Below the pieces are notes generated by a model. It saw nothing but the letters and a program-made list of their open reading frames with translations. It was not told the origin of the DNA and searched no databases. A DNA stretch of 44,611 nt from an uncultured Dehalococcoidia bacterium. Lineage in GTDB: Bacteria; Chloroflexota; Dehalococcoidia; Lucifugimonadales; UBA826. Shown here piece after piece: positions 1-9,424 of this stretch. The DNA is taken from contig CAYWYV010000001.1 in NCBI GenBank assembly GCA_964462705.1, forward strand, positions 4,099 to 48,709, read 5' to 3'. Each line of letters begins with the position of its first letter. Position 1 is the stretch's first letter. Made by a program: the position numbers and the translations under genes.

Positions 1-671
1 GTGCCTGATTGGAAGAGATCAAACACCACTATGGGCACATCGTGTTCCATGCATAGAGATAATGCCGTTGTGTCCATTACTCTCAATCTTTTTTCTATGG
101 CATTTAAGTAATTGATGTGCTCGAATCTGACCGCATCAGGGCTTGTTTTTGGATCTTTATCGTAAACGCCGTCAACGTCGTGTTTTGCCATCAATAACAA
201 GTCAGCTTCAATTTCCAGAGCCCTCAGCGCTGAACCTGTATCGGTTGTTACGAATGGGTTTCCCGTTCCGGCGGCGAATAAAACCACTCTCCTTTTCTCC
301 AAGTGTCTAATTGCCCTACGTCGTATGTAAGGCTCGGCAACTTGTTGGATGTTTATTGCGCTTAATGTTCGAGTGTCGAGGTTGTGTCGTCTTTCCATAG
401 CTTCTTGGAGTGCGAGGGCACTTATAACCGTTGCTAACATTCCCGCATAGTCAGCGGTTGCTCTGTCCATACCTTCTATTTCTGCTTCTGACCCTCGCCA
501 AATATTTCCACCACCGACTACTACTCCGAGTTCTACCCCCATTTCAATTACTGACTTAATCTCTCCAGCCATGTAATCAAGCGCATCAGGGTCTATGCCA
601 TGTTGCCTTGAGCCTTTGAGGGATTCTCCACTCAGTTTAAGCAGTACCCTATTGAACTTAACGTCAGTCAT
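1..671 (-). CDS. pyrH: UMP (uridylate) kinase, C-terminus cut by left window edge
   Basis: Absent from the ORF track because the frame never reaches a stop inside the window. Hand translation from ATG 671-669 gives [64 protein letters not shown]... LLKLSGE and VVGGGN are UMP kinase/amino-acid-kinase motifs. The frame stays open to position 3 (223 codons). Canonical rpsB-tsf-pyrH order. Confidence 0.9.
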   Translation of the reverse strand, partial: MTDVKFNRVLLKLSGESLKGSRQHGIDPDALDYMAGEIKSVIEMGVELGVVVGGGNIWRGSEAEIEGMDRATADYAGMLATVISALALQEAMERRHNLDTRTLSAINIQQVAEPYIRRRAIRHLEKRRVVLFAAGTGNPFVTTDTGSALRALEIEADLLLMAKHDVDGVYDKDPKTSPDAVRFEHINYLNAIEKRLRVMDTTALSLCMEHDVPIVVFDLFQSG

Positions 672-680
672 GAGACTAGG

Positions 681-1184
681 CTACTCGCCCAAGGAGAAAC
701 GTTGGAATCTCCTTACTCTGATATTTTCGCCGAGTTTTCCGACAGTCTCATTTATCAGTTCCTGGATATTTTTTGAAGGATCTTTTATGAATGGTTGTTG
801 AAGTAGAGAAGAATTTTCAACCTCTTCATTGTTAGCTGTGTCGGATTTTTTTTCTTCAACTGTTAAAGGGTTCATCGCCGCGACTTGCATTGCAATATCA
901 TGCGCTAGATCTGAAAATTCCTGGGTTCTGGCGACGAAGTCCGTCTCGCAGTTAACCTCCACCATAGCACCAATTCTTCCCCCACTATGGATATAAGTCT
1001 CTATTAATCCTTGGTCAGTATCTCGTCCAGCTTTCTTTGCGGCGGATGCGATTACTTGCTCTTTGAGGAGTTCTTCTGCTTTATCAACGTTGCCGTTGCT
1101 TTCATCAAGTGCCCTCTTGCAATCCATGACTCCGGCACTAGTTCGTCCTCTTAGTTCTTTTATCAATTCAGTCGTGGATGTCAA
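681..1184 (-). CDS. tsf: translation elongation factor Ts, short form (167 aa)
   Basis: N-terminal ELIKELRGRTSAGVMDCKRAL and core VEVNCETDFVART motifs. TTG start at 1184-1182 with AAGGA 9-10 nt upstream. Lies directly downstream of rpsB. Confidence 0.93.
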   Translation of the reverse strand: MTSTTELIKELRGRTSAGVMDCKRALDESNGNVDKAEELLKEQVIASAAKKAGRDTDQGLIETYIHSGGRIGAMVEVNCETDFVARTQEFSDLAHDIAMQVAAMNPLTVEEKKSDTANNEEVENSSLLQQPFIKDPSKNIQELINETVGKLGENIRVRRFQRFSLGE

Positions 1185-1235
1185 TTAATTTATTCCTTTG
1201 GGATTATATTCATCCATTTTCGCTTTATGCTAAAA

Positions 1236-2201
1236 CTAGTTTTCGTCCTCTTCCTCTGCAGCAGCGACCTCTTCGTCTGCAGCAACGACCTCTTCCTCCG
1301 CAGCAACGACCTCTTCCTCTGCAGCAGCGACCTCTTCCTCCGCCTCCGCAACACCTGAGGATTCTATAGAGGATTCATTGTTTGCAGCCTGGCTTTCACT
1401 GTCTGTTTGATTACTTGTCTCTTCTTCAACGTCGTCCACTGTTACTGTTGAATAAGTAATCATTCGGGGCGCAGACTCTTCAGAATCTTCCATACCTTCG
1501 CCGGCATCGGTTCTTTCAGAAATGCGACGGTTTTGGCCCTCGATTATTGCATCAGACATTCGCCCACTAATGAGCCTTATCGACCTTATCGCGTCATCAT
1601 TACCTGGGATTGGATAATCTATCAACTCGGGATTACAGTCTGAATCCACTAACGCTACTATTGGAATTCCGACACGCCTCGCCTCTGCGACAGCTATTTC
1701 TTCCTTACCGATGTCTATGATAAACATAGCACCGGGCATCTCGGTCATCTCTTTGATACCAATCAAATTCTTATTTAGTCGGTTGATTTGTTCGTCGTAC
1801 CCTAGAGATTCTTTCTTGCTAAGAAGTGTAAATTCTCCTGTTTCTCTACGGGTTTCTAGGTTTATTAGGTGTTGAATCCTAGATTCTATAGTTCTAAAGT
1901 TTGTAAGAGTACCCCCCAACCATCGGTTGGATATGTATAAAGAATTACTTCTTTCAGCTTCGTTGATTATGGTGTCTCGAGCCTGCTTTTTGGTGCCAAC
2001 ATAAAGGATTCTTTTGCCTGTGGCAGCTATATCCGTAAGGAATTCCGCAGCTTCTTGAATTTTGTAAAGGGTTTTTTGTAAATCAATGATGTGGATACCA
2101 TTTCTGTGAGCGAATATGAAATCATCCATCTTCGGATTCCATCGGCGCTTCTGGTGTCCAAAATGAACGCCCGCCTCCAACAGAGATTTCATGGTGATCA
2201 T
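1236..2201 (-). CDS. rpsB: 30S ribosomal protein S2 with ~85-aa acidic, repeat-containing C-terminal tail
   Basis: [22 protein letters not shown]... is typical S2. The longest ORF reaches ATG 2255. ATG 2201 ([11 protein letters not shown]) has AGGAA about 10 nt upstream and matches the usual S2 N-terminus. The start is uncertain between 2201 and 2255. Confidence 0.92.
   Translation of the reverse strand: MITMKSLLEAGVHFGHQKRRWNPKMDDFIFAHRNGIHIIDLQKTLYKIQEAAEFLTDIAATGKRILYVGTKKQARDTIINEAERSNSLYISNRWLGGTLTNFRTIESRIQHLINLETRRETGEFTLLSKKESLGYDEQINRLNKNLIGIKEMTEMPGAMFIIDIGKEEIAVAEARRVGIPIVALVDSDCNPELIDYPIPGNDDAIRSIRLISGRMSDAIIEGQNRRISERTDAGEGMEDSEESAPRMITYSTVTVDDVEEETSNQTDSESQAANNESSIESSGVAEAEEEVAAAEEEVVAAEEEVVAADEEVAAAEEEDEN
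1247..1351. repeat. five tandem 21-bp units inside the 3' end of rpsB, encoding heptads of the (E-E-E-V-A-A-A) type
   Basis: Units start at 1247, 1268, 1289, 1310 and 1331. They read cctcttcctctgcagcagcga / cctcttcgtctgcagcaacga / cctcttcctccgcagcaacga / cctcttcctctgcagcagcga / cctcttcctccgcctccgcaa. Units 1 and 4 are identical. Confidence 0.9.
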
Positions 2202-2510
2202 GTTAGCTGTTTCCTGCGTTTCAGTATTTTCCGGCTGTACCGCCTCTTGCACCATAAACTTTATGCCATCCTGTTATTTCTTTTGAGCACAGTTAATTAT
2301 TCTGTTTTGACAGACACACCAAAGCAGACTTTCCACATGGAAAGCGTTCGAAAAGTGTAGCATGGGCGTAAGGGGTGGGCAAAGTTTGGGTTTCACATGT
2401 GGACTTTAATATAAGTAGTACCGATAAACATGGAATCATTCGTTAACCATAAGTGTGGCGGAGTGGATGAGTAGAAATTGAGGCCAATTTGCTGAATTAG
2501 GCTGTGGGGC

Positions 2511-3065
2511 TCAATCATTTATCCCACCCAACGTCATCACCAAGGCGTCTTCAAAGTTATCCTTGTAGTATCCCTTTCTGATCCCTACCAATTGAAACCC
2601 GTATTTGGCATAAAGATTTTTTGCAGCTGTATTAGATTTTCTTACTTCAAGTGTTACTTCGTTGAATTTATAAGTTCTAGATTGTTGTAATGCTTTTTGG
2701 AGTAAAAGCTCCCCGATTCCCTGACGTCTAAAGTTACGTCTAACAGCTATCGAGATGATGTGGACTTCATCAACCATTTTCCAGTAGCCGACAAACCCGG
2801 CGATAAATTTGCATCCTTTTCGCCAGCCTGTATACCCAGATCTATATCGAAAGTGATGTTTAGCATCATAGCCAGAATTTACCTCCAAGTCTGCCAGGGA
2901 CTCAATATCTTGAATAGTGTGGGCGACATAATATTCTGCACGTGGTCTTTTTAACTCAGACCTAAAAGAAGTCGGAGGGAAGAGATCTGGGAAAGCATCT
3001 TTCTCTATAGCGAGGACTTGCTCTAGGTCACCTATAGCCATGCTACGGATGGCAAAGTTTTTCAT
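2511..3065 (-). CDS. rimI: GNAT N-acetyltransferase, RimI-like (ribosomal-protein-alanine acetyltransferase family)
   Basis: IRSMAIGDLEQVLAIEKDAFP ... HIISIAVRRNFRRQGIGELLL ... LEVRKSNTAAKNLYAKYGF ... YYKDNFEDALVM follows the RimI pattern. It carries a roughly 35-aa insertion after the first strand region. Confidence 0.78.
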   Translation of the reverse strand: MKNFAIRSMAIGDLEQVLAIEKDAFPDLFPPTSFRSELKRPRAEYYVAHTIQDIESLADLEVNSGYDAKHHFRYRSGYTGWRKGCKFIAGFVGYWKMVDEVHIISIAVRRNFRRQGIGELLLQKALQQSRTYKFNEVTLEVRKSNTAAKNLYAKYGFQLVGIRKGYYKDNFEDALVMTLGGIND

Positions 3066-3431
3066 ATTTTTGTTTTATATAACTCTACCGGTAATACTCT
3101 CTATGACACTGCAAATATTTGGTGCTACAGTCATGTGCTTCTAAGCTAACATACAATTCGTTCTGAGCCCACTATTGATTCGCTATGTTAAACGGTGCCT
3201 ATTGAAACGTAATGATTCTACCTACGGTGCCTTACCTCAGACAATCGATGCAGAACAGAGATAGAAAGCGGCATATTAATACATGAAAAAAAGATCAAGA
3301 ATTAATCATCAAACTACTTGTGTTACCCCCATATAATTGGAGTAGAATTAGCTCTCAGCCGAGGGCACTGCATATTTGGTCGATGTACAGCCAAGCGAGA
3401 AGCCCCACTCAGGAGTTATTTTCGGTAGTAA

Positions 3432-5225
3432 ATGAACCATATTCTCAGGATCATAGGATACGCTTTTCGCCACAAGGCTAGATTAGCCTGGGCGTATTTG
3501 TGCACAGCAGGAGCGGTCGCGGCCTACGTAGTACTTCCCAGGTATTTTGGAGAGGCCATAGATTTAATAGCCGACAATGTTGGTACTGTTGCTGGGATTC
3601 CTGCCAGAGAGATACTTATTTCTATTGGAATTATTTTGGGCTTGAGCATTATAAGAGGCGCTCTGTCGTATGGGCAAAATTATCTTGCGGAATCCCTATC
3701 TCAATTCGTTTCGTATGACCTGAGGAATGATTTTTACGACCGGGTACAGCACCAGAGCTTTGCATTCCACGATAGGCATCATACGGGTAACTTAATGTCT
3801 AGAGCGATCACTGATGTTGAGAACATCAGAATGTTCATAAACATGGGTCTCGTAAGGGCACCATACTTTATTGCCCTGTTTATCATCGTAGCTGTAATAC
3901 TGATGAGCATGAATTGGAAACTTGGGTTGATAGCTTCTTGTTTTATGCCTGTCGTAGCTTTCTATACTAGTCACGTAAGGCTCAAGATGAGGAATCTTTG
4001 GCTGATAGCTCAAGAGAAAATGGCAGAACTCAGCATCACTCTCCAGGAAAATTTTTCTGGTATGAGAGTTGTGAAAGCTTTTGCTTCTGAAGATCATGAA
4101 GAAGCAAAATTTGATGTCAGGAGTAAGGACGTCGCGGATATTTTCATTGAGGCTGAGCAACTTAGGGCATCCAGTATGTCTTTTATGCTTTTTACCTTTC
4201 TGGCTGCTATGGGATTGATTCTGTATTTTGGTGGCAGGGAGGTGATAAATGGTGCTCTTACTCCTGGGGAATTGGCGCAATTCGTTTTTTATCTACAAAT
4301 TTTGGCACTCCCAGTAAGAATGTGTGGATGGGTTGTTAATGCATACGCGCGCGCTGCATCTGCGGGGGAGCGTATGTTTGAGATTTTGGATGCGGAGTCA
4401 CCTGTGACTGAAAAAGTGGAAGCCCATGTGATGGCTAGAAGGAAAGGTCACGTCGTTTTTAAGGATGTGAGTTTTTCTTATGAAGGTGGTAACCAAGTTT
4501 TAGATAATGTCAATATTGAAGCAAAGCCTGGGGAAATAATAGCTTTGCTGGGAGGGCCTGGAAGTGGGAAATCTTCGCTAGTTAACCTGCTGCCTCGTTT
4601 TTATGACGTGACTGACGGAAGCATCACCATTGATGGTGATGATATCCGAGACTTTACTCTAAAGTCTTTACGCGAGAATATCGGGATGGTCCAGCAAGAC
4701 GTGTTTTTATTTACTACCAGCCTGAAAGAGAACATTGCTTATGGCAAGGAATCGGCTGCTATTGAGGAAATTGAGAGAGCTGCAAAAATTGCGCAAATGG
4801 ATGAATTTATCGATTCATTGGATGACGGGTATGACACCCACGTTGGAGAGAGAGGGTCCACCTTGTCGGGTGGTCAGAGGCAGCGTATGTCAATTGCGCG
4901 AGCGGTTTTACTAGATCCTCCGGTGTTGATATTGGATGATTCCACTTCCAGTGTTGACGCCCAAACTGAGGATCAAATAAAGCAGGCAATGACTTCTGTT
5001 ATGAAGGGGCGAACAACTTTTGTAATAGCCAACAGACTTAGTACAGTCCATAGCGCTGATTCCATCATTGTTTTGGACAAAGGGAAGATAGTTGAGAGAG
5101 GAACTCACACGGAACTACTTGCCTCTAATGGAAAATATCGCGAAATTTATGAATTGCAACTTAGACCTCAGGAAGAAGTTATGAGAGAGATAGAAATTTC
5201 TAGCATGGCTAAGGCAGAAGCCTAA
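3432..5225 (+). CDS. ABC exporter half-transporter (TMD-NBD), subunit with degenerate catalytic residues
   Basis: Six-helix type I exporter TMD followed by an NBD. Walker A is GGPGSGKSS and the signature is LSGGQRQR. Walker B is LILDDSTS (D503 where the catalytic E is expected). The H-loop is VIANRLST (N534 instead of H). Confidence 0.9.
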   Translation: MNHILRIIGYAFRHKARLAWAYLCTAGAVAAYVVLPRYFGEAIDLIADNVGTVAGIPAREILISIGIILGLSIIRGALSYGQNYLAESLSQFVSYDLRNDFYDRVQHQSFAFHDRHHTGNLMSRAITDVENIRMFINMGLVRAPYFIALFIIVAVILMSMNWKLGLIASCFMPVVAFYTSHVRLKMRNLWLIAQEKMAELSITLQENFSGMRVVKAFASEDHEEAKFDVRSKDVADIFIEAEQLRASSMSFMLFTFLAAMGLILYFGGREVINGALTPGELAQFVFYLQILALPVRMCGWVVNAYARAASAGERMFEILDAESPVTEKVEAHVMARRKGHVVFKDVSFSYEGGNQVLDNVNIEAKPGEIIALLGGPGSGKSSLVNLLPRFYDVTDGSITIDGDDIRDFTLKSLRENIGMVQQDVFLFTTSLKENIAYGKESAAIEEIERAAKIAQMDEFIDSLDDGYDTHVGERGSTLSGGQRQRMSIARAVLLDPPVLILDDSTSSVDAQTEDQIKQAMTSVMKGRTTFVIANRLSTVHSADSIIVLDKGKIVERGTHTELLASNGKYREIYELQLRPQEEVMREIEISSMAKAEA

Positions 5226-7043
5226 ATGAATCTTGGGCTTGGAGGCCATTCTGCTTCGAGAGGACAGGCTGACGAAGAGGTGTTTGGTTCTGCCTATGAC
5301 CAGAGAGTCATACTAAGGCTTTTGCCTTATGTGAAACCCTTCATGAAGCTGGTCATAATATCTGGCATATCCATGCTTATTTTCACTTTTACTCTGGTTG
5401 CGGTGCCTTGGATCATAGCTTGGGGGATTGACGACTTCATCATACCGGGGGATATAGATGGTCTTGTCTGGGTATTCGTCTTGTTTTTGGGAGTGGCCTT
5501 ACTTAATTGGGCTACAAATTATATCCAGCAGTCCGCTATGCAACGGGTTGGGCAAGGTGTTTTATGGAGGCTTCGTAGGGATCTTTTTGGACATGTCCAA
5601 AAGCAGTCTATGAAATATTTCGATAACACTGAAGTTGGCAGATTGATGTCGCGAGTGCAGGGTGATGTCGGTCAACTTCAGGAATTTGCGGCTCTAGTAG
5701 TAATGAGCCTGGGAGAGCTTTTGAGTCTCGTTGGGATCATTATTGCTCTGCTAATTTTGGATGTTCAACTTGCACTGATTTCAATGGTTGTAGTACCGAT
5801 TCTTATGTCAATCATGTTGGTATGGCAAAAGTACGCTAAGAGATCATTCATTGCAGTCAGGATCCGTATATCTATAGTAAACGCTGCTTTCAATGAAAAT
5901 ATATCAGGAGTGAGAGTTGTACAAAGCTTGAATAGACAGCCCCGTAATCTTGAAATATTTGATGACAAAAACACATCACATAGGGAGGCTAATCTGACAG
6001 CGGGTAGATTCGCTTCTGGACTTCTCCCAGGAGTTGACATACTGACTGCAGTTGGTATAGCTCTGGCGATATATTTTGGCGCTTCTATGGTTGCTGACAG
6101 CTCACTTGAAGTCGGCGTATTAGTAGCATTCATAATGTATATTCAGAGATTTTTTGACCCCATAAGGAATTTGACTCAGCAATATACTCAACTGCAGCGA
6201 TCTATGGCTTCAGGTTCGAGGATATTTGACCTTATGGATAGGGACCCGGATATGGTGGATTCGGAAGATGCTGATGAGATGGGAGCACTTAAAGGGGATA
6301 TTGAATTTAAAGATGTGCGATTCAGTTATGTCGAAGGGGAGGAAGTCCTAAAGGGGATAAATCTCAAGATTGATGCTGGTGAGACAGTTGCCATTGTTGG
6401 ACCGACTGGAGCCGGGAAAACCAGCTTGGTGTCAGTTCTGTCTAGGTTTTATGAGGTTGAACAAGATAAAGGTGCAATTTTGGTTGATGGCACCGATATA
6501 AGAGACGTTAAACGGCGCTCATTGGTCAGACAGATGAGCACTGTACTCCAGGACCCTTTCTTATTTTCAGGTAGCGTCAGGGAAAATATAAAATACAATC
6601 ATCGTGAAGCTTCTGAGGAACAGATGATTGTCGCTTCTAAAGCGGTAGGGTCACATGATTTTATTCTGGAACTTGAAGATGGATACGACACTTTCCTGTC
6701 AGAAAGAGGTACCAACCTTAGTCTTGGTCAGCGACAGCTTTTAAGTTTTGCAAGAGCAATCGTTGCTGATCCTAGGATTCTAATTCTAGACGAAGCGACG
6801 GCAAACATTGATAGCCATACCGAAATTTTGATTCAAAACGCCCTAAGAAATCTTCTCCAAGACCGTACTGCCCTGGTGATAGCCCATCGACTATCAACGA
6901 TTAGGGGCGCAGACAAAATTGTTGTTCTTCAGGACGGACAGATTATTGAAGTCGGTAGGCATGAAGAATTGATGGAAAAGGGCGGCCTGTATAGCCATCT
7001 TTACGACATGAACTTTGCTGCAATGGATGCCCCAGTCAATTAA
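5226..7043 (+). CDS. ABC exporter half-transporter (TMD-NBD), consensus-site subunit
   Basis: The start abuts the upstream stop (TAAATG at 5223-5228). Walker A is GPTGAGKTS, Walker B is LILDEATANID, and the H-loop is IAHRLST. The signature is degenerate: LSLGQRQL (6717-6731). Confidence 0.9.
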   Translation: MNLGLGGHSASRGQADEEVFGSAYDQRVILRLLPYVKPFMKLVIISGISMLIFTFTLVAVPWIIAWGIDDFIIPGDIDGLVWVFVLFLGVALLNWATNYIQQSAMQRVGQGVLWRLRRDLFGHVQKQSMKYFDNTEVGRLMSRVQGDVGQLQEFAALVVMSLGELLSLVGIIIALLILDVQLALISMVVVPILMSIMLVWQKYAKRSFIAVRIRISIVNAAFNENISGVRVVQSLNRQPRNLEIFDDKNTSHREANLTAGRFASGLLPGVDILTAVGIALAIYFGASMVADSSLEVGVLVAFIMYIQRFFDPIRNLTQQYTQLQRSMASGSRIFDLMDRDPDMVDSEDADEMGALKGDIEFKDVRFSYVEGEEVLKGINLKIDAGETVAIVGPTGAGKTSLVSVLSRFYEVEQDKGAILVDGTDIRDVKRRSLVRQMSTVLQDPFLFSGSVRENIKYNHREASEEQMIVASKAVGSHDFILELEDGYDTFLSERGTNLSLGQRQLLSFARAIVADPRILILDEATANIDSHTEILIQNALRNLLQDRTALVIAHRLSTIRGADKIVVLQDGQIIEVGRHEELMEKGGLYSHLYDMNFAAMDAPVN

Positions 7044-7182
7044 TTTCGCTACTCTTACTACAACCCCCACACATAGGGTATGTTGTGAAAGAGTTGATTC
7101 CACTATAATCAAGCCGTTAACTTAGATATCTAACTACCAAATCGTTTTGTTGCTGTGATTATTCCAGTATAGGCTTTGAATT

Positions 7183-7542
7183 ATGAAGATATTTTTTTGT
7201 CCAGAATGCGGAGGCTATTCTTTAGGCCCTGCTTCGAATTGTGATGAATGCCAGTCGGAACTTCCTGAGGATTCATGGGCTGAGGTCACTGAAGAAGAAC
7301 TACAACAGCTCGAATATGTTGAGGATTTTCATCCACCTTCTGGATTGCCCACGTGGGAATATGATGCAATAAAACTTAAGTCGGACTCAGACCAAGGGGG
7401 ACTCGAATATACTACGGTGTTATTAAAAAGAATGGGTGACAAAGGATGGGAACTCGTTAACATCACATCACTTGGATCTGAAGAAGATCAGAAATATGCT
7501 GTATTTAAAAGAGTTTGGGAGGAAGGGTCTTCAGGGGAGTGA
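7183..7542 (+). CDS. small protein with N-terminal zinc ribbon (CPECGG...CDEC) and DUF4177-like C-terminal domain
   Basis: CxxC-x13-CxxC at the N-terminus. The C-terminal WEYDAIKLK...LLKRMGDKGWELVNITS...AVFKR resembles the DUF4177 pattern. The assignment is from memory of that family. Confidence 0.55.
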   Translation: MKIFFCPECGGYSLGPASNCDECQSELPEDSWAEVTEEELQQLEYVEDFHPPSGLPTWEYDAIKLKSDSDQGGLEYTTVLLKRMGDKGWELVNITSLGSEEDQKYAVFKRVWEEGSSGE

Positions 7543-7561
7543 CGCAGGATTGCCCCGCGAT

Positions 7562-8053
7562 TTAACAACCAAGTTGTGAAATAAAATCGTTGATAATTTT
7601 CCCGTCGTTAGGGAACGGTAATGCAGGTATATTATCGAGCTCGAACCATCCAACATCACTCACTTCGTCTCCAGGTGTGGCAGTGCCATCAACTGGCCTG
7701 GCCCTGAAGGCGACCAGCACGACAGGGTTATCACCTGAATAGATTCCCTGAAGTCCTGTAATTTCTACCTCGAGGTTCGTTTCCTCCAACACCTCTCTGG
7801 CTGCTGCTACTTCTACAGCTTCTCCTCTGTCAACATATCCAGAAGGAAAACTCCATCTTCCATAGGCAGGCTCAATCGCTCGTTTAACGAGAAGAAGTTT
7901 CTGGTCCGAATATACTAATGTGACAGCGGCAATCTTTGGGTCCAAATAGGTAATCCGTCTGCAACTTGAACAAACGAGTCTTGAAACTGAGGCTATGAGA
8001 GACTCACTAAGCGGTCCTCCACAGTATTGACAAAACTTTATTTCGGAGTCCAT
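7562..8053 (-). CDS. NUDIX hydrolase with N-terminal zinc ribbon (NudC-like architecture, no SQPWPFP motif)
   Basis: CQYCGG...CSSCRR zinc ribbon. Nudix box GYVDRGEAVEVAAAREVLEETNL fits Gx5Ex7REUxEExGU. Confidence 0.85.
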   Translation of the reverse strand: MDSEIKFCQYCGGPLSESLIASVSRLVCSSCRRITYLDPKIAAVTLVYSDQKLLLVKRAIEPAYGRWSFPSGYVDRGEAVEVAAAREVLEETNLEVEITGLQGIYSGDNPVVLVAFRARPVDGTATPGDEVSDVGWFELDNIPALPFPNDGKIINDFISQLGC

Positions 8054-8186
8054 TTTTCCCTGAGCAAGCCCTTATTTTGCGTATTTCACAAAACAAATTT
8101 TACACATCTAAGAAATATTGTGAATGTATAATCAATTAATCATTGGCAAGGCTATATGAAAGACTTTAAATCTCTCCATATCTGTA

Positions 8187-9410
8187 ATGAATATTAGCGA
8201 TAAGCTGTCTGAAGGGTTGAGCGATCGTCATACACAGGCGATATCTGCAGTGAGTATTGCTGCTTCATCAATTGGTTCAAAGGCTTTTGTGGTTGGAGGA
8301 GCTGTAAGAGATGTTCTCCTTCGCAAAGAAATCAAAGATATTGACATGGCTGTTGAATGCCGTCCTCAGAAATTACTGAGTAGCTTGAACATGAAATCCG
8401 CTCAGGTGATTTCTACTTCCAAATTTGAAACGGTCAAGATTGAAGTATTTGGGCAAGTAATAGATCTGGCAATGACTCGGAGTGAGGTATATCCGAAACC
8501 AGGTGTACTTCCCGAAGTGCAATTATCAACAATAGAAAAAGATCTTTCGCGTCGAGACTTCACTATAAATGCCTTGGGAGTTCATGTGGACGCTACGAGG
8601 TGGGGAGATCTCATAGACCACCACGGTGGGCTTCAGGATTTGTGTCACAGGAAAGTTAAGGTGTTGCACAACCAAAGCTTTGTAGATGATCCAACAAGGA
8701 TATTTCGAGCCGCTCGGTATGCGACAAGACTTTCCTTTGAAATGGAATTGACAACAAAGGAGGCATTGTTTAGAGATTTAGATGGAATAGGAAAACTTTC
8801 AGGGACGAGGATCTTGAACGAACTGAACCTGACATTTGGAGAGACTAATTCCGTGGAAGTCCTAAAAAACTTGGATGAATGGGGTGTATTTAAAGTAATT
8901 CATCCACAACTTGATGTTCCACTAGAAGCCTTGAATGCCATTAAGAATTCTAGCCCCGAAGGAGTCAGCTCATATGAGGTTGGGTTATTGGCTCTATTGT
9001 ACTGTTCTAACGATGTAATAAGAGATGAGATAAGCAAAAGGCTAAAGTTTAGCTCTTCGTTACAGTCAAAAGTTTATGACCTGGGTAGAATTCGGCAATT
9101 GCTTCCTGGTATGAAAAATAGTGACATATATGAAAAATTAAAAGGATTAAGTCTGGAATCCTTGCATGTCGCAAAATCCATTCCTTCCCTAGGTAATTTG
9201 GAACTGCCGGCTCAAATAGACTTGTATCTGAGTGATCTCGTAAAAGTATCGATATCTGTTACTGGGGATGATTTGCTAGAAATAGGAATTCCTGAAGGTC
9301 CATTAATAGGTAGTACACTTTGTTCTATTCACAAAGAATTGCTAGATGGACAGATAGAAACCAGACAAGAACAAGTTGAATTAGCCAAGAAGATTTTTTC
9401 AGGTAGCTAA
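8187..9410 (+). CDS. cca: class II tRNA nucleotidyltransferase / poly(A) polymerase family (CCA-adding enzyme-like)
   Basis: GGAVRD, DIDMAV (catalytic DxD), RRDFTINA and DPTRIFRAARY motifs. There is no HD domain. CC-, A- and CCA-adding specificity cannot be separated by eye. Confidence 0.8.
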   Translation: MNISDKLSEGLSDRHTQAISAVSIAASSIGSKAFVVGGAVRDVLLRKEIKDIDMAVECRPQKLLSSLNMKSAQVISTSKFETVKIEVFGQVIDLAMTRSEVYPKPGVLPEVQLSTIEKDLSRRDFTINALGVHVDATRWGDLIDHHGGLQDLCHRKVKVLHNQSFVDDPTRIFRAARYATRLSFEMELTTKEALFRDLDGIGKLSGTRILNELNLTFGETNSVEVLKNLDEWGVFKVIHPQLDVPLEALNAIKNSSPEGVSSYEVGLLALLYCSNDVIRDEISKRLKFSSSLQSKVYDLGRIRQLLPGMKNSDIYEKLKGLSLESLHVAKSIPSLGNLELPAQIDLYLSDLVKVSISVTGDDLLEIGIPEGPLIGSTLCSIHKELLDGQIETRQEQVELAKKIFSGS

Positions 9411-9424
9411 TTTGCCTAAAGTCT

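Noticed and set aside
1178-1369. Plus-strand ORF encoding a Pro/Gln/Leu repeat peptide ([21 protein letters not shown]...).
   Set aside because: It is the antisense shadow of the 21-bp repeats in the rpsB tail. It has no independent start context and overlaps two strongly supported minus-strand genes.
2329-2344. Palindrome CTTTCCA-CA-TGGAAAG upstream of rpsB, considered as a rimI terminator or an rpsB operator.
   Set aside because: The 2-nt loop is not foldable as drawn, and there is no T-run on the transcribed strand. It is a single occurrence and cannot be distinguished from chance.
3192-3232. A 9-nt direct repeat ACGGTGCCT, 32 nt apart, in the rimI/ABC divergent region.
   Set aside because: The expected number of chance 9-mer repeats within a 366-nt region is not negligible, of order 0.2-0.3. 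There is no further symmetry or promoter context.
7540-7600. Possible TGA read-through (selenoprotein) at the end of the DUF4177-like ORF, considered because selA is present.
   Set aside because: Read-through adds only about 13 codons before a TAA, with no domain. No other same-strand ORF pair in the window is split by an in-frame TGA.
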